A stretch of 64,000 nucleotides of DNA, from positions 192,001 to 256,000 of the forward strand of contig OY763415.1 in assembly GCA_963667565.1 (NCBI GenBank), read 5' to 3'. The position numbers and the translations under genes were made by a program. This document shows, one piece after another, positions 11,527 to 21,443 of this stretch (positions within the stretch are counted from its first letter, which is position 1; each line of letters begins with the position of its first letter). The notes beneath the pieces are model-generated. The model was not told the DNA's origin, did no database searches, and worked only from the letters and a program-made list of their open reading frames with translations. Origin of the DNA: Acholeplasmataceae bacterium. GTDB lineage: Bacteria; Bacillota_I; Bacilli_A; Acholeplasmatales; Acholeplasmataceae.

Positions 11527-11862
11527 ATGACATGGAATAAGAAAACCATTTCGAATAGCGCTATGCTTGTTGTTTTTTTAAGTGTGTTCATAAGACAACT
11601 TTCTCATCTAACATGGATGAATTATGTAGGAACTTATCATATCGTAGACGATCTCATTTTTTATGGACTTATGAGTGTATTGTTTATCATGATAAGTTTT
11701 TTTATATATCTTGTTCCATTGATTTTATTTTTTGAATATAAATCTGAATTTAACTTTAAAACTATAGAAATCAAAAAGCAATATATATATAAACGCATGA
11801 ATGCTCATGTGCAATCAAAGCGTATATGTATATATCAAATGAATCAAGTGATTCGTTGTTGA
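11527..11862 (+). CDS. Small hypothetical membrane protein
   Basis: RBS gagagg; two hydrophobic segments; ends QVIRC. Confidence 0.55.
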   Translation: MTWNKKTISNSAMLVVFLSVFIRQLSHLTWMNYVGTYHIVDDLIFYGLMSVLFIMISFFIYLVPLILFFEYKSEFNFKTIEIKKQYIYKRMNAHVQSKRICIYQMNQVIRC

Positions 11863-11909
11863 TGAAGATGATCATGACCTAAATTCATCAAAAACGAAAG
11901 GAATATAAA

Positions 11910-13337
11910 ATGAGAAAAATAAAATTCTGGATTTATGTTGGTTTAATCAGCATTTTTCTTGTTACATTCTTATTCTCAAATCTGGCTTTTCTATATATAA
12001 GACATATAACTATTTTATCTTTATTAGCATTGTTATTATTTCAGTTATTAGATCTTATGACTACATATGTCATCAATAAATATATGCCTACACATCGTCA
12101 AGAAAATATTATTTATACAATTAAAGTACTTACATTTACCATATTGATGATCTTGGTTTCAACTGTGCAAGTTGATTATTTAAAGTTTATGACTGAACCA
12201 ACATTGAAGGGATATCAATATTATGATCGATATGACAATCTTATTTATTCAGTATATGCGATAAATTCAAAACAAGATGTAGTCATCAATAGTTTTACTG
12301 AGTCCACATTAGATATCACATTTGATCTTACATATGAAAATGATTATGAAACATTATATGTTGACGGAACAACATATGATAAAGTTCATGTATTGCAAAA
12401 GATAAGAGAAAACATGAAGATTAATTACTTGGATAGTCTCATCTCAGATTTTGAAGTTGAAAAAACGACATATACAGTGATCACAACTAAAGATTTAACC
12501 ATTGGTTTGGTATTAAAAGAGATAAGAACAGGTGATTATCGCACCGCTCAAACATTTACATTTCAAAAAGCATCAAATAGATCTGGATATATGTATGAAT
12601 TATCGAAAGAAGATATTTTATCATATGATACAAGTTCAATTACAGTTGATATCAATGAAGGCATCAAAACAACCTTTAAAATGGATCAAATAGATATATC
12701 TAATGACTCAGTTTCATTTAAAATATTTAAAGATGATGATGGTGATTTAACACATTTATCTAATGTAACATTAAATCAAAATAGTGCTCATCTAGGAAAT
12801 ATTTCAGCATTAGGAATTGAAAATGAAACGTATGATTATACATATTTAGATGAATCAATCACTTTAGATATTAATTACTTAAATAGTTTAGGAACTGCAT
12901 CATATCAACATCAACTTATTTACCAATTTAATAATGGAAGACCAGTGCTTGTTTCAAGAACTGGTGAAGTATACATAAATGATACATATGCATATACCGA
13001 ATATACGCATTTCAATCAACTTTTCATTTATAATAAAGAAATCACACATATACAAACTAGCTTTTCGAATCGAACATTAGAGATGAATAGTTATTTATGT
13101 TATCTAGAAGAAAGTTATTTTACAAAGGTTGAATCTTATAAGTTAAATGATATGTCAATGTTAGAATATTATGCTACACACTCTTACAAAACAGAAAGTG
13201 AGTTTGTAGACATCAATGATGTTTTTGATATACAATCTGATATGTTTAAAGAAACAAACACAGTTATTATATCAAACGATTATATCGTTCAATCACCTAT
13301 ATTTATAGATAAAGGTTTTGTATTCATTGATAAATAA
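11910..13337 (+). CDS. Hypothetical protein with three N-terminal TM helices and a large beta-rich soluble domain
   Basis: RBS aaagga; 475-aa ORF; hydrophobic N-terminus. Confidence 0.6.
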   Translation: MRKIKFWIYVGLISIFLVTFLFSNLAFLYIRHITILSLLALLLFQLLDLMTTYVINKYMPTHRQENIIYTIKVLTFTILMILVSTVQVDYLKFMTEPTLKGYQYYDRYDNLIYSVYAINSKQDVVINSFTESTLDITFDLTYENDYETLYVDGTTYDKVHVLQKIRENMKINYLDSLISDFEVEKTTYTVITTKDLTIGLVLKEIRTGDYRTAQTFTFQKASNRSGYMYELSKEDILSYDTSSITVDINEGIKTTFKMDQIDISNDSVSFKIFKDDDGDLTHLSNVTLNQNSAHLGNISALGIENETYDYTYLDESITLDINYLNSLGTASYQHQLIYQFNNGRPVLVSRTGEVYINDTYAYTEYTHFNQLFIYNKEITHIQTSFSNRTLEMNSYLCYLEESYFTKVESYKLNDMSMLEYYATHSYKTESEFVDINDVFDIQSDMFKETNTVIISNDYIVQSPIFIDKGFVFIDK

Positions 13338-13342
13338 TCAAG

Positions 13343-13373
13343 AAGGCTATCTTATTTAAGATAGTCTTTATTT
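13343..13373 (+). terminator. Intrinsic terminator
   Basis: aggctatctta / taagatagtct then T-rich. Confidence 0.7.
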
Positions 13374-13421
13374 ATGAAATGTCTTTTGATTGTGATATCA
13401 TATTTATGGAGATGATGAAAC

Positions 13422-14684
13422 ATGAATGCAAAAACACTTTATGATCAAGCATTAGCACATTATTTATTAAATACACCAAGAAAAAATGTCTTGACTGCTA
13501 TTCAACATTTTGAAGAAGCTGCAGCACAAGGATATGCGGATGCATATTATTTTTTAGGACGTTTTTATGGATTAGGTGATGGTGTTACACTTGATTTTGA
13601 CAAAGCAATGGCATTATATAATGAAGGTAAAGATTTGGGAAGTGCTAAATGCGGTTATGCATTAGGACTTATGTTTAGAAGTGGTTCTGGTGTTGAAATC
13701 GATGAAGATCTTGCAAATAAGTTTTTTGAAGACAATTATCAAATGCTCATGATTGAAGCCACACACGATGATCCAGTAAGTATGCACATTATGGGTACTT
13801 ATTATTACTATGGGTTTCATGTTCAAAGATATATATTTACAGCCATTGATTGGTTATTAAAAGCAGCAAATAAAGGATATAGCGATAGTCAATATATGCT
13901 AGGTATGATTTATGAGACTTTAGGTGAAGATTCAAATCAAACCGAAAAAGCGATACCTTTTTATGAAAAGGCAGCAGCTCAAGATCATCCATATGCTCAA
14001 TATGCGCTTGCCATGATTGCACTTACTGAAGAAGATTATCAAAAAGCAGAGTTTTACTTAGAAAAAGCAGCAATTCAACAATATGCATTAGCAGCTTATT
14101 CTTTAGCTAAACTTTTGCATGAAAGAGATTCTAAACATCCATTAAAAGCATTTGAATGGTTTATGATTGCTGCTAAACAAGGACACACTGAAGCATGTTA
14201 TTATGTTGGAAACTATTATCAATATGGTAAAGGTGTACCCATTAATTTAGATGAAGCCATGAATTGGTATCAAAAAGCAGCTTTAGAGAAAGATAAAGAT
14301 GCACTTTATCACCTAGCTTTGCTCTTAATTAGACGAGAACAACCTGATTTTGAAAACGCAGCAAAGCTTTTAGGAGAAGCAGCAAGACAAGGACATCCAA
14401 ATGCACAATACAATTTAGCTGTGATGTATCAAAAAGGTGACGGTGTAGAACAAAATGATCAAAAAGCACTTTATTGGTATGAAAAAGCAGCTGATCTAGG
14501 ATTAGCAATTGCACAATATAATCTAGGTATGATTTATTTTGCTGGGGATATTGTATTAAAGGATGAAGAAAAAGCGAGAAGTCTATGGGAAAGTGCTGCA
14601 GCTCAAGGATTTGAGAAAGCAGTACAATTGATGTACTCAATTAATAATTATGAAAAACTCCAAAAAAGTAAATGGCAAAATTAA
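13422..14684 (+). CDS. SEL1-like repeat protein
   Basis: Repeated AQYNL(G/A)xMYxxGxGV...A..WYEKAA..G units. Confidence 0.93.
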   Translation: MNAKTLYDQALAHYLLNTPRKNVLTAIQHFEEAAAQGYADAYYFLGRFYGLGDGVTLDFDKAMALYNEGKDLGSAKCGYALGLMFRSGSGVEIDEDLANKFFEDNYQMLMIEATHDDPVSMHIMGTYYYYGFHVQRYIFTAIDWLLKAANKGYSDSQYMLGMIYETLGEDSNQTEKAIPFYEKAAAQDHPYAQYALAMIALTEEDYQKAEFYLEKAAIQQYALAAYSLAKLLHERDSKHPLKAFEWFMIAAKQGHTEACYYVGNYYQYGKGVPINLDEAMNWYQKAALEKDKDALYHLALLLIRREQPDFENAAKLLGEAARQGHPNAQYNLAVMYQKGDGVEQNDQKALYWYEKAADLGLAIAQYNLGMIYFAGDIVLKDEEKARSLWESAAAQGFEKAVQLMYSINNYEKLQKSKWQN

Positions 14685-14714
14685 AATAACTACTCTTTGT
14701 TGAGTAGTTTTTTA

Positions 14715-14769
14715 TTGCTATTTTATAATTGTTATGCTATACTTAATACGAAATTAAGGCTAACCTTAA
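14715..14769 (+). promoter_or_regulatory. mntH promoter with DtxR/MntR-type operator
   Basis: TTGCTA(14715)-17 bp-TATACT(14738) with extended TG; near-palindrome ttaaggctaaccttaa at 14754-14769. Confidence 0.75.
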
Positions 14770-14789
14770 AAAAGAGAGATGATCAAAAT

Positions 14790-16667
14790 ATGGAAAAACA
14801 ACAAAGACATCAATCATTATCTGAAATACACAACACGGTAGAAGTAAAAAATAAACGTTGGATTAAAAGATTACTTGCATTTGTAGGACCTGCTTATTTA
14901 GTAAGTATTGGTTATATGGATCCAGGAAATTGGGCAACCGATATTGCAGGTGGTAGTGAATTTGGCTATCAGCTTATTTGGGTTTTGCTCATGTCTAATC
15001 TGATGGCTATATTACTTCAAAGTTTAAGTGCTAGATTAGGGATTGTGACAGGCATGGATTTAGCACAAGCGTGTGCTTCACATTATAAAAAAGTTGTAAA
15101 TTATATATTATGGATATTAACTGAACTTGCGATTATTGCTACTGATCTAGCAGAAGTATTGGGATCTGCGATAGGACTTATGTTATTGTTCCATATTCCT
15201 TTAGAATATGGTGTTATTATTACCGCTTTAGATACATTCATTGTTTTGCTTGTTCAAAAACTTGGTGTTAGAAAGCTAGAAGCAATCACAATTGGATTAA
15301 TTTCTATTATTGGTATAAGTTTTTTAGTTGAAATTATTTTATCACAACCAGATTATGGTCAACTTGTGACTGGTTTTATTCCTAAGATTGAAAACCACAA
15401 TGCACTTTTTATTGCGATTGGTATTTTAGGAGCAACTGTCATGCCACATAATTTATACCTACACTCATCATTAGTACAGTCAAGAAAAATTGAGAAAACA
15501 GAATTAGGTATGGCACAAGCAATTAAATTTAACACGATTGATTCAGTAGTAGCACTTAACTTAGCGTTTTTTGTAAATGCTGCTATTTTAGTCATGGCTG
15601 CAGCGGTCTTTCATCAAAATGGAAATACGGCTGTTGATGAGATTCAACAAGCCTATGAATTGTTATTTCCTATTTTAGGTACAACGTTAGCGCCGATTTT
15701 GTTTGGTGTTGCGTTAATCGCATCGGGCCAAGCATCAACGATTACTGGAACATTAACTGGACAAATTATCATGGAAGGATTCATTCATTTAAGAATTAGT
15801 CCTTGGTTAAGAAGACTTGTCACACGTTTATTAGCCATCGTTCCAGCACTTGTGGTTATTTTAATATTTGGTAGTGATTCTACAGGATGGTTACTTGTAT
15901 TAAGTCAAGTCGTTTTATCACTACAATTATCATTTGCTGTGATTCCTCTCATTCATTTTGTAAGTGAGAAGAAGCTTATGGGTAAATTTGCGATTAAACC
16001 AGTAACAAAAATACTTGCCTGGGTTGTTGCATTACTTATTATGGGTTTAAATATTAAACTTGTTTATGATACAGTGATTACAATGTTTACAAATGGTTCC
16101 ATTTTGTGGATCTTTAAAATATTATTCTTGATATTGATATTTGCATTAATCGCATTACTTGTGTATGTTATTTTTGATCCTTTATTTCAAAAAAGACAAA
16201 TCGAGAAAAAACATATTCATCAAATGTTTGATATTAATGAGATTAAACCTTTAAAAGCATTTAATAAAATTGCTGCAGCATTTGATTTCACCAAAGGTGA
16301 TTTGACAATTATGTCTCATATTTTAAGAATCGCAAAAAAAGATGCAACACTTGTCCTTATGCATATTAATGAGAGCGCAGGTGCTAGAGCTTTTGGTGAT
16401 GATATTAATGATAGTGAAACTCAAATGGATAAAGATCAATTAAACAAATATATGGAAAAACTAAAATCATACGGATATGAGCATATTGAATGTCATATTG
16501 GTTATGGTAGTCCAGTATCTGGATTGGCTAAAATTATTAATGACACAAAATCTGAGATTGCTATTTTTGGATCTCATGGACACAAAGGATTAAAAGATAT
16601 ATTATTTGGTATTACATCAACAAGAGTTAAAGACAAAGTGAATGTTCCAATTTTAATTGTCAAATAA
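14790..16667 (+). CDS. mntH: Nramp divalent metal (Mn2+) transporter fused to a C-terminal universal stress protein domain
   Basis: GYMDPGNW, GATVMPHNLYLHS, GQIIMEGF; C-terminal GSHGHKGLKDILFG USP motif; ATG 14790 preferred over TTG 14697. Confidence 0.93.
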   Translation: MEKQQRHQSLSEIHNTVEVKNKRWIKRLLAFVGPAYLVSIGYMDPGNWATDIAGGSEFGYQLIWVLLMSNLMAILLQSLSARLGIVTGMDLAQACASHYKKVVNYILWILTELAIIATDLAEVLGSAIGLMLLFHIPLEYGVIITALDTFIVLLVQKLGVRKLEAITIGLISIIGISFLVEIILSQPDYGQLVTGFIPKIENHNALFIAIGILGATVMPHNLYLHSSLVQSRKIEKTELGMAQAIKFNTIDSVVALNLAFFVNAAILVMAAAVFHQNGNTAVDEIQQAYELLFPILGTTLAPILFGVALIASGQASTITGTLTGQIIMEGFIHLRISPWLRRLVTRLLAIVPALVVILIFGSDSTGWLLVLSQVVLSLQLSFAVIPLIHFVSEKKLMGKFAIKPVTKILAWVVALLIMGLNIKLVYDTVITMFTNGSILWIFKILFLILIFALIALLVYVIFDPLFQKRQIEKKHIHQMFDINEIKPLKAFNKIAAAFDFTKGDLTIMSHILRIAKKDATLVLMHINESAGARAFGDDINDSETQMDKDQLNKYMEKLKSYGYEHIECHIGYGSPVSGLAKIINDTKSEIAIFGSHGHKGLKDILFGITSTRVKDKVNVPILIVK

Positions 16668-16781
16668 AAGCTACTCAAAAAGAGTGGTTTTTTATTCATA
16701 TTATGTATTATAGGACATATCCGCCCTGTATTCATATAAGAATTAAAATTATAATAGAAATATAAGACAACATTATACATC

Positions 16782-17126
16782 AGTATGAACTACCAAGGTA
16801 TCGAGTATTACTATATCAGTAATAGGCAAGCTGATATCATTGGAATGATGGATGGATCAGGAAATATCGTGGTAAAATATAGTTATGATGCATGGGGTAA
16901 TTTCTTATATCAATGGACATCAGTTACTAACTTAGATCATATCAATCCATATCGATATAGAGGATATCGATATGACGTGGAAACAAATCTATATTATTTA
17001 AATGCAAGATATTATGATCCATCAATAGCAAGATTTATATCGGCTGATGATGTAAGTTTTATAGCAGATGATCAAGCACCAAGTATTAATATATATGCTT
17101 ATACACTAAACAATCCAGTAATGTAT
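16782..17126 (+). repeat. RHS core DNA repeat copy 1 (~345 bp)
   Basis: Highly similar to 20185-20529 at constant offset 3403. Confidence 0.9.
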
Positions 17127-17633
17127 CTAGATCCTAGCGGAGAATTCGCTGGGGCTATTCCTCTTTTACCAGTAATTGCTATAGCTTTTGTTATTTTGTT
17201 CATACTCGCGCTTTTTTCAGATGAAATAGCACAATTTGTTGATTCAGCAATAGATTCAATAGAAAGTGAGATTGAGAAATCACTTAAAAAAGAATACACT
17301 GTATATACACTAGTTGATGGTGACGGTGTAGTTAGATATGTAGGTAGAGTTAAAACGAAGAACTATAATGCAAGAATGAAGTATCTTGAACAAACAAAAG
17401 GTTTATATCCAGGTGATAGGATTGATAATCTTAATTATTGGGAGTGTAGAGGTATCGAACAATTGGGTATCATAGGAAATGCAACTGGAATGTTTGATTT
17501 GAAAACAAATCCTGGTGGAAATAAAATCAATGGAATTGGATTGAAAAATCCAATGAAGTATAACTACTATCACGCTGGGATAAGATATATTTGGAATAAT
17601 ATTGAAAATGAGTTGAATAATATGTTTCATTAA
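16785..17633 (+). CDS. Truncated RHS repeat-associated core with GIY-YIG-like C-terminal toxin tip (orphan module)
   Basis: YSYDAWG, NPYRYRGYRYD, YYLNARYYDP, NPVMYLDPSG; tip has VYTL...VRYVGR; no clear RBS and no YD-repeat body. Confidence 0.85.
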   Translation: MNYQGIEYYYISNRQADIIGMMDGSGNIVVKYSYDAWGNFLYQWTSVTNLDHINPYRYRGYRYDVETNLYYLNARYYDPSIARFISADDVSFIADDQAPSINIYAYTLNNPVMYLDPSGEFAGAIPLLPVIAIAFVILFILALFSDEIAQFVDSAIDSIESEIEKSLKKEYTVYTLVDGDGVVRYVGRVKTKNYNARMKYLEQTKGLYPGDRIDNLNYWECRGIEQLGIIGNATGMFDLKTNPGGNKINGIGLKNPMKYNYYHAGIRYIWNNIENELNNMFH

Positions 17634-17650
17634 ATAAGGAGTGAATACCA

Positions 17651-18484
17651 ATGGGTGCATGGGGAACTGGTCTATATCAAGATGATGTTGCAGAAGATAT
17701 AAAAACAGATTACATTAATTTTTTAAAAGAAGGAAAAACAAATCAAGAAGCTTACGATAAACTTATAGAAGATAATCAAACAATTATCAATGATGTAGAT
17801 GATGGTCCAATCTTTTGGATTGCATTAGCTGATACACAATGGAAACTTGGAAGATTGATGCCTTATGTAAAGAAACAAGCATTAAAGTATCTTGATGAAG
17901 GAACGGATCTTCTTAAGTGGGAAGAATGGGGGAAAAGTTTTCTTAATCGTAGAGTTAAGGTGCTTAATCGACTCAAAGACCAATTGTTGACAGCAATGCC
18001 GGCAGAAAAAAAGGTTCCATTATATAAATACTTTAGATGCAAATGGAATATTGGTGATACTTATGCGTATCGATTAGAAAGTGATTATTCTAAATTGCAT
18101 AATCTATATGGACAGTATCTCATTATTTACAAATTTGATGAATATACTAGTGAGAAAGGCAATGATTATGATATCTTTCCATACGTTTACACTAAGATTA
18201 CAAAAAATTTTGAACTACCAAAAACTCTGGATGAAGTTAACAATGAATGTACTTTTGTAAGATATCTTTATAATCCGCCCACACAATTATTAGAATACAG
18301 AACGATTAATGTCTTAGAATCATCCAAGATTCTAAAAAAAATGATTTTTGTAGGAAATTTTAAAATTGATTTCCCTAAGGATGAGTTAGTCAAAAAAGAT
18401 AATGGATATCCAGTCAGAGTAATGAGTTCACCTAAATTTGAAGAAAGAATAATTAACAGTATTATTAAATTAGGAAAGAAATGA
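17651..18484 (+). CDS. Putative immunity protein (DUF4259-like N-terminus)
   Basis: MGAWGTGLYQDDVAEDI start typical of toxin immunity proteins; directly follows RHS tip; RBS aggag. Confidence 0.7.
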   Translation: MGAWGTGLYQDDVAEDIKTDYINFLKEGKTNQEAYDKLIEDNQTIINDVDDGPIFWIALADTQWKLGRLMPYVKKQALKYLDEGTDLLKWEEWGKSFLNRRVKVLNRLKDQLLTAMPAEKKVPLYKYFRCKWNIGDTYAYRLESDYSKLHNLYGQYLIIYKFDEYTSEKGNDYDIFPYVYTKITKNFELPKTLDEVNNECTFVRYLYNPPTQLLEYRTINVLESSKILKKMIFVGNFKIDFPKDELVKKDNGYPVRVMSSPKFEERIINSIIKLGKK

Positions 18485-18623
18485 ACAAAATTTAATGACT
18501 AAGATGTTTTTCATGCATTTCAACCAAATACTTGGGAGTATAAAATATTGTTAGAAATTCTATAGAGAGAATCAATGTATCAACAAAAAGATTAATACCA
18601 TATTTTTAGGAGGTTTTTAGTGA

Positions 18624-19100
18624 ATGAAAAAGTACAATAATATAGCTAACCATATGGGCTTAATAGTTATATTTGTCAACATTTTGTTCCCCGTTATGAT
18701 TGTAAGTATTTTGCTTTCCGGACAAGGTATAGATAACATTATTGGAGCATTGTCTTTTACACTTATTATAGCGACGAATAACGCAGTTTATTTTTACTTA
18801 CTTGATCAATGGTACTTTACATATTATGATGAGCATCATATTATGCAGAAATGGTTAAAAAAAAGAAAAAGAATTAAATTTGATGAAGTAAACTTCATGT
18901 ATTTTGTTGATAATTTAGTGATTATTTCTGAACATTCATTTAACATAAAAACAGATAAAATTAATATGACAGCAAAAAGACGAATAAAAAGGATACTTAA
19001 AGATGAGATTTGTATTGTTATTAATCCGCATGATAGATTTTTTCCAACATTTCTCCTTGATAAGTGTAAAAATGCAAAAAAGGTAGATTTTTTTGAGTGA
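18624..19100 (+). CDS. Hypothetical membrane protein (2 TM plus small soluble domain), possible orphan immunity
   Basis: RBS aggagg; position inside RHS array. Confidence 0.55.
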   Translation: MKKYNNIANHMGLIVIFVNILFPVMIVSILLSGQGIDNIIGALSFTLIIATNNAVYFYLLDQWYFTYYDEHHIMQKWLKKRKRIKFDEVNFMYFVDNLVIISEHSFNIKTDKINMTAKRRIKRILKDEICIVINPHDRFFPTFLLDKCKNAKKVDFFE

Positions 19101-19137
19101 TTCCAAGATTTATTTAATTAGATGATTGGAGAATTAT

Positions 19138-19779
19138 ATGATAAAAAATGATATGTTTAATAAAGTTTATAAAAAGTTTTTATTTATTCCTCTGATTGGC
19201 CCAATAATATGTTTCTTTATATTATTCTTCAATCAGTATAAGTATGCAAATTATAATCAAAAAAGAATTAATATTCTTGTTCTTATGGTTTTTTTGGTAA
19301 TTATAATAATTAATTTGAGTCTTTATACAATATATATTAATTTCATTAATAATCTGTATTTTTTGTATATTATTATTCCTTTAGTATTAATATTTTATTG
19401 GTATATCTTAGCAATGATATTCATTAAATATTATAATATATTGATACATTATAATATTAAACATAAAGAAAGATTAAATATAAAAACAGAAAAAAGTTTT
19501 AGAATTATGATGTTTGTTCCTCTACTAGGAGCTTTTCTTTCATTTGTAATATTATTTAATAATCATAAACAATATAGCAATTTTAATGTGGTTAAGTATT
19601 ATTTTTTCGTTGGATTAGTAGCAATTATTACTACGATTATTTTTATTCTGGTATTGATAATTATGAATACAATTTCTGAGGAAGTTTATTCGCTCATATT
19701 ACTGGTTTTGTGGATTTTACTATCTTGGATTTCAAGTGATTTAATATTTATAATATATTATAAGTCTTTAAAAATTTAG
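19138..19779 (+). CDS. Hypothetical polytopic membrane protein with internal two-fold repeat
   Basis: FIPLIGPIICFFILFFN vs FVPLLGAFLSFVILFNN; very AT-rich; ATG 19138 after ggag. Confidence 0.55.
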   Translation: MIKNDMFNKVYKKFLFIPLIGPIICFFILFFNQYKYANYNQKRINILVLMVFLVIIIINLSLYTIYINFINNLYFLYIIIPLVLIFYWYILAMIFIKYYNILIHYNIKHKERLNIKTEKSFRIMMFVPLLGAFLSFVILFNNHKQYSNFNVVKYYFFVGLVAIITTIIFILVLIIMNTISEEVYSLILLVLWILLSWISSDLIFIIYYKSLKI

Positions 19780-19887
19780 TTTGTTCAAATTGATAAATAT
19801 TGAGTTTATGTATATCAATTTATTAGAAATTTAACAATAATTTTTTTAAAAATTTGATGATTAAGTAAGATCTCTAGAGTATCGCGA

Positions 19888-19919
19888 GAGAACAATTAAT
19901 TCTATAAAAAAAGACATAT
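19888..19919 (+). repeat. 32-bp direct repeat copy 1
   Basis: gagaacaattaattctataaaaaaagacatat identical to 21460-21491. Confidence 0.9.
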
Positions 19920-19989
19920 CTAAAATCATATGTTGTAACATATGATCTTGCTGGGAATCCCTCATTAGAAGTCTTATTAATGAAGAAGA

Positions 19990-21066
19990 TTGGCAGGTAT
20001 AAATTATTTAAATGATTCTACTGTGGATATAGCATATCGATATAACGATCAAGGTGTAAGAGTATCAAAAGAAACCAATACACATCAGTATGAGTACATT
20101 GTTGATGGATATTTAGTGCTTGTTGAAATCATTGATGGTACTAGCTATATCTATTATACATATGATGTTGATGGTACATTGATTAGTATGAATTACCAAG
20201 GTGTTGAGTATTACTATATGAGTAATTTCCAAGGTGACATCATTGGAATGATAGATGGATCAGGAAATATCGTGGTAAAATATAGTTATGATGCATGGGG
20301 AAATATTGTATATCAATGGACATCCGTTACTAACTTAGATCATATCAATCCATATCGATATAGAGGATATCGATATGACGTGGAAACAAACCTATATTAT
20401 TTAAATGCAAGATATTATGATCCATCAATAGCAAGATTTATATCAGCTGATGATGTAAGTCATGTAGCAGATGATCAAGCATCAAGTATTAACCTATATG
20501 CTTATTCATTAAACAATCCAGTGATGTATACAGACAGCACCGGATATATAATAGATACTATATTTGATGTTGCTTTTATATTGATAGATATTTACTTTTT
20601 AGCATCTAATGAAGGGTATAAAGATTGGAAAAATTGGGTCGCATTAGGAGTAGATATATTATTTGCAGCTATTCCTTTTGTAACTGGTGGAAGCCAAATT
20701 ATCAAACTTGCTAATATTGCTGATGGAATGAATGATTTATCAAAAGTTACGGTAGTAGGTGAAACAATGTCAAGGGTACGAATTGTATCCCAATTTGTCA
20801 ATGCAACAGATAATATATATGATGGGTTCAAAGCTTATAATGCTTTAGCTGATATGGGGCGACTTGGAAAAATTGGTGCAGAAATGTTTGGAAAAAGTAG
20901 TAATGCGATATGGTTATATAATAAACTTAGAAATGGATACAAAGTCGTTGATATTGGTATCGACTCAATGAGAACAATTAGAAGTGCAAGTTATATGCTT
21001 GAAAGGACAATTATATTTACATGGAAGACTAGAAATGCATGGAAAATGATTTATCATTTTGACTAA
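19990..21066 (+). CDS. Truncated RHS repeat-associated core with unknown C-terminal toxin tip (orphan module)
   Basis: YRYNDQGVRVSK, YTYDVDG, RHS core ending NPVMYTDSTG; out-of-frame YD remnant TYDLAGNP at 19938-19961. Confidence 0.85.
   Translation: MAGINYLNDSTVDIAYRYNDQGVRVSKETNTHQYEYIVDGYLVLVEIIDGTSYIYYTYDVDGTLISMNYQGVEYYYMSNFQGDIIGMIDGSGNIVVKYSYDAWGNIVYQWTSVTNLDHINPYRYRGYRYDVETNLYYLNARYYDPSIARFISADDVSHVADDQASSINLYAYSLNNPVMYTDSTGYIIDTIFDVAFILIDIYFLASNEGYKDWKNWVALGVDILFAAIPFVTGGSQIIKLANIADGMNDLSKVTVVGETMSRVRIVSQFVNATDNIYDGFKAYNALADMGRLGKIGAEMFGKSSNAIWLYNKLRNGYKVVDIGIDSMRTIRSASYMLERTIIFTWKTRNAWKMIYHFD
20185..20529 (+). repeat. RHS core DNA repeat copy 2
   Basis: Matches 16782-17126. Confidence 0.9.
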
Positions 21067-21080
21067 TGAAAGGACTTTGT

Positions 21081-21443
21081 ATGAAGACAGAAACAATTAT
21101 TAGGAATCACTTAAGTTTTTTAGAAAATGATTTTGGATTAGTGTTTGAACTCATAAAGGACAAAGGCAGTACATATTCCTATAAAAACGAGTATGGAAAA
21201 TTTGAATATTATGAGTGGATGCAATTTGGTGAATCCAGATTCACCATATACTTTGATAATGAATGTAGAACAATTAATATGATTAATGAAGCGCCAAAAG
21301 ATATTGGAAAGTATAACCATGAGTTTAAAGGTATGAAAGTTTTATTCAAAGATAGAAGAGAACAGTATTGGCAAATTATTGAAACAATAGTAAGAAAAAA
21401 TATTAATGATTCTGGAACGCTTTTTGGATTAAAATTGAAATAA
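21081..21443 (+). CDS. Putative immunity protein for the second RHS tip
   Basis: Small soluble ORF immediately after toxin stop; RBS aaagga before ATG 21081. Confidence 0.6.
   Translation: MKTETIIRNHLSFLENDFGLVFELIKDKGSTYSYKNEYGKFEYYEWMQFGESRFTIYFDNECRTINMINEAPKDIGKYNHEFKGMKVLFKDRREQYWQIIETIVRKNINDSGTLFGLKLK

Noticed and set aside
14697..14789. Upstream extensions of ORF-track starts (also 27738, 38128, 41445, 63199)
   Set aside because: They overlap promoters, terminators or upstream genes; downstream ATGs have RBS-like sequences and match family N-termini.
18485..18565. Possible decayed toxin C-terminus (TKFND*DVFHAFQPNTWEYKILLEIL*)
   Set aside because: Too short and interrupted to support without homology search.
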